Origin: Oscillospiraceae bacterium
GTDB lineage: Bacteria > Bacillota > Clostridia > Oscillospirales > Oscillospiraceae
NCBI GenBank assembly: GCA_902782615.1
Contig: CACZNU010000115.1
Coordinates: forward strand, 1 to 51,712
Reading direction: 5' to 3'
DNA length: 51,712 bases
The position numbers and the translations under genes were made by a program. Of this stretch, positions 46,200 to 51,712 are shown piece by piece; the first letter of the stretch is position 1; each line of letters starts with the position of its first letter. The notes under the pieces were generated by a model that searched no databases, had not been told where the DNA came from, and was given only the letters and a program-made list of their open reading frames with translations.

Positions 46200-47168
46200 T
46201 CATTTCAGATCCCGTTTCACGCCCTCGGCGATGCGGTGGACGTCGGCCAGCGTGTTCATGGCCACGATCTGTTCCTTGTAGTAGTTGGCGTAAGCCACGC
46301 CCTTTAAGTACCAGCACAACTGCTTCCGGGCCTCCAACACGGCGATGTGCTCCCCCTTGTCCGCCGCCGCCAGTTCCACCTGGCGCACGGCCGTGTCGAA
46401 CCGCTCCCGGAGCGGCGGCAGGGGCGGGATGGGCCGGCCCTCCAGGGCGGCCCGGGCCTGCTGGAAGATCCAGGGATTGCCGAAGCTGCCCCGGCCGATC
46501 ATGGCCATGTCAGCCCCGGTGAAGTTCAGGATCCGCACCGCGTCTTCGCCGGAGAACACGTCGCCATTGGCAATGACGGGGATGGAGACCGCCTCCTTTA
46601 CCTCCCGGATGGTGGTCCAGTCAGCCTGCCCGGCGTACATCTGGGTGCGGGTCCGGCCATGGACGGCGATGGCCGCCACGCCCACCTGCTCCAGCATTTT
46701 TGACAGCTCCACGGCGTTGATGCTGCCCTTGTCCCATCCCCGGCGCATCTTTACCGTGACGGGGACGGGGGAGGCCTTCACCACCGCCTCGGCCACCCGG
46801 GCGGCCTTCTCCGGGTCGCGCATCAGGGCGCAGCCGTCCCCGTTGGCCACCACCTTTCCCACGGGACAGCCCATGTTGATGTCGATGAAATCCGCCCCGG
46901 AGATCTCCGCGGCAATCTGGGCGGCCTCGGCCATGCAGACCGGGTCGCTGCCGAAGATCTGGGCGCTGGCGGGATGCTCACCGGGAAAGAGCTTCAGAAG
47001 GCCCCGGCTCTTCTGATCCTGGTAGCACAGAGCCTTGGAGCTGACCAGCTCCGTGGTGGTCATGCCAGCGCCCAGCTCGCAGCAGATCTGACGGAAGGCC
47101 AGGTCGGTGACACCGGCCATGGGCGCCAGAGCCAGGCGGGACGCAATATCCACATTGCCGATTTTCAT
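46200..47168 (-). CDS. dusB: tRNA-dihydrouridine synthase B
   Basis: [34 protein letters not shown]. Confidence 0.95.
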   Translation of the reverse strand: MKIGNVDIASRLALAPMAGVTDLAFRQICCELGAGMTTTELVSSKALCYQDQKSRGLLKLFPGEHPASAQIFGSDPVCMAEAAQIAAEISGADFIDINMGCPVGKVVANGDGCALMRDPEKAARVAEAVVKASPVPVTVKMRRGWDKGSINAVELSKMLEQVGVAAIAVHGRTRTQMYAGQADWTTIREVKEAVSIPVIANGDVFSGEDAVRILNFTGADMAMIGRGSFGNPWIFQQARAALEGRPIPPLPPLRERFDTAVRQVELAAADKGEHIAVLEARKQLCWYLKGVAYANYYKEQIVAMNTLADVHRIAEGVKRDLK

Positions 47169-47266
47169 AGGGGACCTCCTTTCGGTAAATAATAACGAAT
47201 TATAACACAGACCGGAGAATAAAAAAAGGGGTGGAGCAGGAAACCTGCTCCACCAAGGCGGGACCA

Positions 47267-47533
47267 TTATAGAAACGACACCACCAGCCAGATGGCGGCG
47301 ATGGCGGCTGCGCCGCAGAGCCCGGCTATCAGGGGCGTCATATGAAACCGACGGCGGGGCACCGTGTGATAGCGGGTATAACTCTTGGCGATCTGCACGG
47401 CCTGGTCCACCAGCTGCTGGGAGCTGACGCCGCTATCCGCCGAGTCGTTGCGAATGATGAAAATTGCCTGCTCAAAAACGTGGGGGTCGGGGGAGTCCAC
47501 CACGATCACCCGCCGGGAAATACCTTTTACCAA
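47267..47533 (-). CDS. Small hypothetical protein with C-terminal TM helix
   Basis: AAGGAGG RBS, TTG start, [12 protein letters not shown]...FEQAIFI. Confidence 0.8.
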   Translation of the reverse strand: MVKGISRRVIVVDSPDPHVFEQAIFIIRNDSADSGVSSQQLVDQAVQIAKSYTRYHTVPRRRFHMTPLIAGLCGAAAIAAIWLVVSFL

Positions 47534-47588
47534 GAGTCTGTCCTCCTTTGCAATTTCTTATCTGAAGTATGGCTCACCGGCCCGGCAG

Positions 47589-49595
47589 TTATACCTGGGT
47601 TTTCTCATTTTCTCCCGGCATTGGCAGCTGCAGGACCAGCACGGCGCAGTCGTCGCTGAGGCCCTTGCGGCTGCGGGACTCACTGAGGATCAGGGATACC
47701 AGCGCGTTGACATCCCGACCCTGCCAACCGGCCAACAGGTTCTGCAGCCACTCGTCGTTGGTCTCGTCGGCGATACCGTCGGAGATCATGACAAAGAAAC
47801 TGCCCGCCGGCAGGTGGAGACGGGTTACCTCCGGCGGATCACCTTGGAGACCGGCCGGCAGGTTCTGGCCGGTGATGCGGCTCACCGAGCCGGTGCGCTT
47901 GACGTAGGAGGGGGCGGCGCCATATTTATACACGGTGGCGGTGCCGCTGCTGCGCTGGAGGGCCAACAGATCAATGGTGGTGAAGCCGCCGCCGTCCTCG
48001 CCCCGCAGCCGCATGGCGCCGTTGAGGGTCTTCAGAGCCGGGCCGGGCTCGATGCCGGCGGCGAGGAACTGCTGAAGGAGACGGGCCGTCATGGCGGATT
48101 CCCGATGGGCGCTCTCCCCGCTGCCCATTCCGTCAGACAGGAGGAGGTATACCGTGGAGCCCACCTCAAAGGTGGCCAGATGATCGCCACAGAGCCGCTG
48201 GCCCTCCTTGGGCCGCAGGGCCGAGCCGATGCGGTAGCCCATGGGGGCAGCGACATTGGACACGGCGTGGACGGCGGAGCTGGCCAGGGCCTCGCCCAAC
48301 TGCTGATACTGATCCTGGGCCTGCTGGCGCACCTCCAGCAGACGCTGGCGGTACTGGCGGCGCAGCAGGAAGGTTTTCAGCTCCCCGTTCACCGCCGTGA
48401 GAAAATCGGTGAAGTGGACGCAGCGGGAGGAAAAATAGAGGGGAAAATCCTGGGCCAGGGCCTGTCCCCGCCGGAGCAGCTTGGGACAGGCGTCATTAAA
48501 GGCATTGTATGTACTGTTGTAGTTCTGATGCCAGCAGCTGCTGCACAGCACGCAGCCCCGGCAGACCTGCTCGGCGGCCCGATCAAAGAGAACCGAGGGA
48601 TTCTCCGGGGGCGGGGCGGCTGCTCCCCGGAAAAAGCTGTCGTACAGCTCCCGCAGTGCGGCGGCAGACTGGCGCAGCAGGGGGGATTCCAGGGCCGGTG
48701 TGGGTGCCGTACCAGGGGCCTTCAGCCGGGCGGGCCGGGGCATCCGGCGCAGCAGGGGGAGAGCCAGGAAGGTCCCCAGAACGGCCTCATAGAGGGCGGC
48801 GCCGGGGACGTCCGCCCGAAAGAGGATCGCCGAGGCGCCGGCAGCGAGACAATATGCTGAAATGGTCAGACCTCGCAGCTGGTTGCGGCACAGTACAGCC
48901 ACGGCGGCGGAGCAGCCGTAGACCGCGCCCAGCAGGAGGCGGGGGCCGTTTGGAGCCAGATCCAGCAGAAGCCCCAGACAGGAGGCGGCGGCCACCGCCT
49001 GGGCCGGCTGCAGGTGCAGAGAGATCCACAGCGTCAGGGCGGCGGCCAGGATCCGGCCCAGGGAGACGGGACCCAGCAGAACCACCGGCTGGGCAGCGGC
49101 GGCCAACCCTGCCGCCAGAACGATAAGGGCCTCGTTCCCAGGCTGACGCCACAGATCCCGCCAGCACCAGATCGATCCGGCCAGGACAGCCAGGGAGGCC
49201 AGGCACCACATCCACTGTTCAGCGCTTCGATCCAGCAGATAGATGGATTGGACCAGAAACATCATGAAGCAGGCCGCAAAAGGGCGGAAGGAGGCGCGAC
49301 GGTAGAATTTGGTGTCGCAGAAGGCGGTGTTGGCGGCAAAGATGAGAATGGCCCCGGCAAAGTGCCGCAGGCCGGATGGAAAGTCCAGGAATACCAGTGC
49401 GCCGCATCCGGCACCCACCAGACACAGCAGACCCGGCAATCTTGTGCCGGCGGCAGCCACCAGGGCCAGGGAAAAAGGGGCGTAGCCACCGGAGAGACGT
49501 CCGGCGGTCAGCAAAAACGGCAGGACCAGCTGCGCCGCCGGGACAGCAAGGGGTTTCAGCCGCCGCAGGAATAGCGGCGACGGGATCTTTTTCAT
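47589..49595 (-). CDS. spoIIE: SpoIIE-like membrane PP2C phosphatase
   Basis: Multi-TM N-terminus, Cys-rich C..C....CW central region, CGD, LSDGMGSG, GAAPSY, ISDG, DD. Confidence 0.8.
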   Translation of the reverse strand: MKKIPSPLFLRRLKPLAVPAAQLVLPFLLTAGRLSGGYAPFSLALVAAAGTRLPGLLCLVGAGCGALVFLDFPSGLRHFAGAILIFAANTAFCDTKFYRRASFRPFAACFMMFLVQSIYLLDRSAEQWMWCLASLAVLAGSIWCWRDLWRQPGNEALIVLAAGLAAAAQPVVLLGPVSLGRILAAALTLWISLHLQPAQAVAAASCLGLLLDLAPNGPRLLLGAVYGCSAAVAVLCRNQLRGLTISAYCLAAGASAILFRADVPGAALYEAVLGTFLALPLLRRMPRPARLKAPGTAPTPALESPLLRQSAAALRELYDSFFRGAAAPPPENPSVLFDRAAEQVCRGCVLCSSCWHQNYNSTYNAFNDACPKLLRRGQALAQDFPLYFSSRCVHFTDFLTAVNGELKTFLLRRQYRQRLLEVRQQAQDQYQQLGEALASSAVHAVSNVAAPMGYRIGSALRPKEGQRLCGDHLATFEVGSTVYLLLSDGMGSGESAHRESAMTARLLQQFLAAGIEPGPALKTLNGAMRLRGEDGGGFTTIDLLALQRSSGTATVYKYGAAPSYVKRTGSVSRITGQNLPAGLQGDPPEVTRLHLPAGSFFVMISDGIADETNDEWLQNLLAGWQGRDVNALVSLILSESRSRKGLSDDCAVLVLQLPMPGENEKTQV

Positions 49596-49714
49596 GGACA
49601 GCCCTCCTTTTTGCCCCATTGTAGCGCCGTGCCGAAGCAAAACCTGTCGGGGAATGGGAGAAAAAAGAGGGGGCCGGAATTTTTTCAAATTCCGGCCCCT
49701 ATGAGCAAATCTAT

Positions 49715-50617
49715 TCAGTTTTCGGAGAAATATGCCCGGGCCTGGGAGATGTCCCGCTGGATCTGCTCCTTCAGCTCCGCCAGCGAGGCAAACTGGTGCT
49801 CGTCCCGGAGTCGGCGGCAGAAGTCCACCCGGATCCGCTGTCCGTACAGGTCGCCATCGAAGTCCAGCAGAAAGGTCTCCACCGACACGGTACCGTCGCT
49901 GCTGACGGTGGGCCGGGTGCCCACGTTGGTGACACCGGCGCAGCTGCGGCCATCCGGCAAATGGACCCGGGAGATGTAGACCCCATGGCCCGGCACAGAC
50001 ACATGGCCGGGCACGGAGAAATTGATGGTGGGAATGCCGATGGTTCGGCCGATCCGGCGGCCGTGGGTAACGGTCTGACTCAGACAGTGGCGGTGGCCCA
50101 GAAACTCCGCGGCCCGCTCCACATCGCCCCGTTCCACCAACGTGCGGATATAGGTGGAACTGACGGTGATGCCGTCGTGCTCCACCTTGGGGATGATGTC
50201 GCAGCCCAGGCCCAGCTCAGCGCATTTGGCCTGCAGCTTCTCCGGGTCGCCCTCGTTTTTATAGCCGAAGTGATAGTCGTGGCCCGCCACCAGATGGACG
50301 GCGCCGTATTTCTTCACCAGCAGCTCCGTGATGAAGTCCTGCCAGCCCATGGTCATCATGGCCCGGTCAAATGGCGCCATAATGACCTGGCAGATGCCGT
50401 AGATGCGCGCCATCAGGTCCCGGCGGTCCTCCGGGGAGTTGATGAGAAACACCGGCTTGCCGGTGACCACCTCCTTGGGGGGACGGTCAAAGGTAAAGAC
50501 GGCAGGGGTGACGCCCAGTTGGGCGGCTCGCTCCACGGCCCGGCGCAGCAGGGCGCCGTGGCCCCGATGGACGCCGTCAAAAAAGCCCAGGGCGATGACA
50601 GTTGGTTGTTGATTCAA
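49715..50617 (-). CDS. ribF: Bifunctional riboflavin kinase/FAD synthetase
   Basis: GFFDGVHRGH, VSSTYIR, GRTIGIPT.N, NVGTRPT. Confidence 0.96.
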   Translation of the reverse strand: MNQQPTVIALGFFDGVHRGHGALLRRAVERAAQLGVTPAVFTFDRPPKEVVTGKPVFLINSPEDRRDLMARIYGICQVIMAPFDRAMMTMGWQDFITELLVKKYGAVHLVAGHDYHFGYKNEGDPEKLQAKCAELGLGCDIIPKVEHDGITVSSTYIRTLVERGDVERAAEFLGHRHCLSQTVTHGRRIGRTIGIPTINFSVPGHVSVPGHGVYISRVHLPDGRSCAGVTNVGTRPTVSSDGTVSVETFLLDFDGDLYGQRIRVDFCRRLRDEHQFASLAELKEQIQRDISQARAYFSEN

Positions 50618-50623
50618 GGGATT

Positions 50624-51493
50624 TCACGCTCCGAAAAAGTTTTTGATGGAGGTCATAGTACCATCCTCCAGGCGGCTCAGACACAGGAACGAACCGTCCG
50701 TGCCATAGACTCGGTAGGTACCGTCCGGCAGTCCATCCTTCACGTAGAAGGGATTGCCGTTGCGGCAGAGAAAATCCACCCGGGGGTGGTCGATGTGGTA
50801 GGCGGGGTATTGGCGGAACAGGGAGTCGGTGGGCCGCAGGAGGGATTCCCCCTGCTCCTGGACCTGGGCCAGCGTGTGGCTCTCAGCCAACGTAAACCCG
50901 GCGGCCATCGTCCGCCGAAGGGAGGACATGCAGCCGCCACAGCCCAGGGCCGTGCCGATGTCGTGGCACAGGGTACGGACATAGGTGCCCTTGGAGCAGC
51001 GGATCCGCAGGGTAAAATCGGCGGAAGAGATCTGCTCCACCAGTTCCAGCTCATAGATGGTGACGGGCCGTGGCTTGCGGTCCACCTCCTTGCCCTGACG
51101 GGCCAGATCGTAGAGCTTCTGACCGCCGATCTTGATGGCACTGTACATGGGCGGCACTTGACAGATGGGACCGGTGAAATCCGGCAGAATAGCCCGGAGC
51201 TGATCCGCCGTGACGGACACAGGGCGCGCCTCCAGTGTGGTGCCGGTGGTGTCCTGGGTGTCGGTGACCAGCCCCAGGTGCAGGCCGGCCACATACTCCT
51301 TCTCACCGCTCTCAGCAAAGCTGACGGCCCGGGTGGCCTGTCCCACAAAGACGGGAAGAACACCGGTGGCCATGGGGTCCAGCGTTCCGGCGTGGCCCAC
51401 TTTTTTCGTTTTCAGAATGCCCCGCAGCTTGGCGCACACGTCCATGGACGTCCAGCCGGCGCTCTTGTCGATGATGAGGATACCGTTCGCCAT
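50624..51493 (-). CDS. truB: tRNA pseudouridine(55) synthase
   Basis: [36 protein letters not shown]. Confidence 0.97.
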   Translation of the reverse strand: MANGILIIDKSAGWTSMDVCAKLRGILKTKKVGHAGTLDPMATGVLPVFVGQATRAVSFAESGEKEYVAGLHLGLVTDTQDTTGTTLEARPVSVTADQLRAILPDFTGPICQVPPMYSAIKIGGQKLYDLARQGKEVDRKPRPVTIYELELVEQISSADFTLRIRCSKGTYVRTLCHDIGTALGCGGCMSSLRRTMAAGFTLAESHTLAQVQEQGESLLRPTDSLFRQYPAYHIDHPRVDFLCRNGNPFYVKDGLPDGTYRVYGTDGSFLCLSRLEDGTMTSIKNFFGA

Positions 51494-51712
51494 TTACGCC
51501 TCCGTTACGTCCGCCAAAGCCCGCAGGACAGCGGCCTTCACATCGGCCATGGTGCCGTCCACTGTGGCGCCGGCAGCGGCACGGTGCCCGCCGCCGCCCA
51601 GCTTGGCGCAGACGGCGCAGGCGTCCACCCGGGGACCGGAGCGGACGGAGATCTTGACGGTGCCGGGCCGAAGCTCCCGGAGGGTGATGCCGCAGTCGGT
51701 GCCCTCCACCAG
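51494..51712 (-). CDS. DHH/DHHA1 phosphoesterase (NrnA-like), C-terminal part
   Basis: KISVRS...GGGGH..AAG. Lies upstream of truB and is cut by the window end. Confidence 0.85.
   Translation of the reverse strand: MVEGTDCGITLRELRPGTVKISVRSGPRVDACAVCAKLGGGGHRAAAGATVDGTMADVKAAVLRALADVTEA

Noticed and set aside
15000-51712. Many long antisense or overlapping ORFs (e.g. 19889-21508, 23765-25435, 27746-29863, 32108-34555, 40975-42435)
   Set aside because: Shadow frames of GC-rich genes with strong codon bias. They lack RBSs and motifs and overlap clear genes.

Overview
A 51.7-kb chromosomal window from a GC-rich gut Clostridia-type bacterium (Oscillospiraceae-like; inferred from gene content and codon usage). 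The first ~14.5 kb is a lower-GC accessory island made of ends of related integrative elements. It holds two diverged YefM/Phd-RelE/ParE toxin-antitoxin cassettes and two copies of a ~350-bp end (dead doc toxin fragment plus arm-like repeats) that stop at 3' fragments of two different tRNAs (Trp-like at ~2.3 kb, Thr-like at ~13.3 kb). It also holds an ECF sigma / DUF4367 / secreted protein / lipoprotein / ABC exporter module, a RES-domain protein, gene remnants and a candidate small RNA; a second candidate RNA lies at the island boundary (~14.65 kb). The most striking signal is a bipartite ECF-promoter-like motif, TGTCACAAA-N14-CGTTACTATAG. It occurs upstream of the sigma factor's likely target operon (5697-5730) and again, with the same 20 bases and the same spacer length, inside the sigma gene's own region-2 coding sequence (4650-4683). 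The remaining ~37 kb is housekeeping: flavoprotein, P1B ATPase, glycerate and peptide catabolism, an Opp/Dpp ABC transporter, pepT, a DUF4358-DHHW-MBOAT O-acylation cluster, rpsF-ssb-rpsR, dusB, a spoIIE-like phosphatase, ribF, truB and a partial DHH phosphoesterase. No integrase, intact tRNA, rRNA or CRISPR array was seen. All family calls come from recognising motifs by eye, not from database searches.
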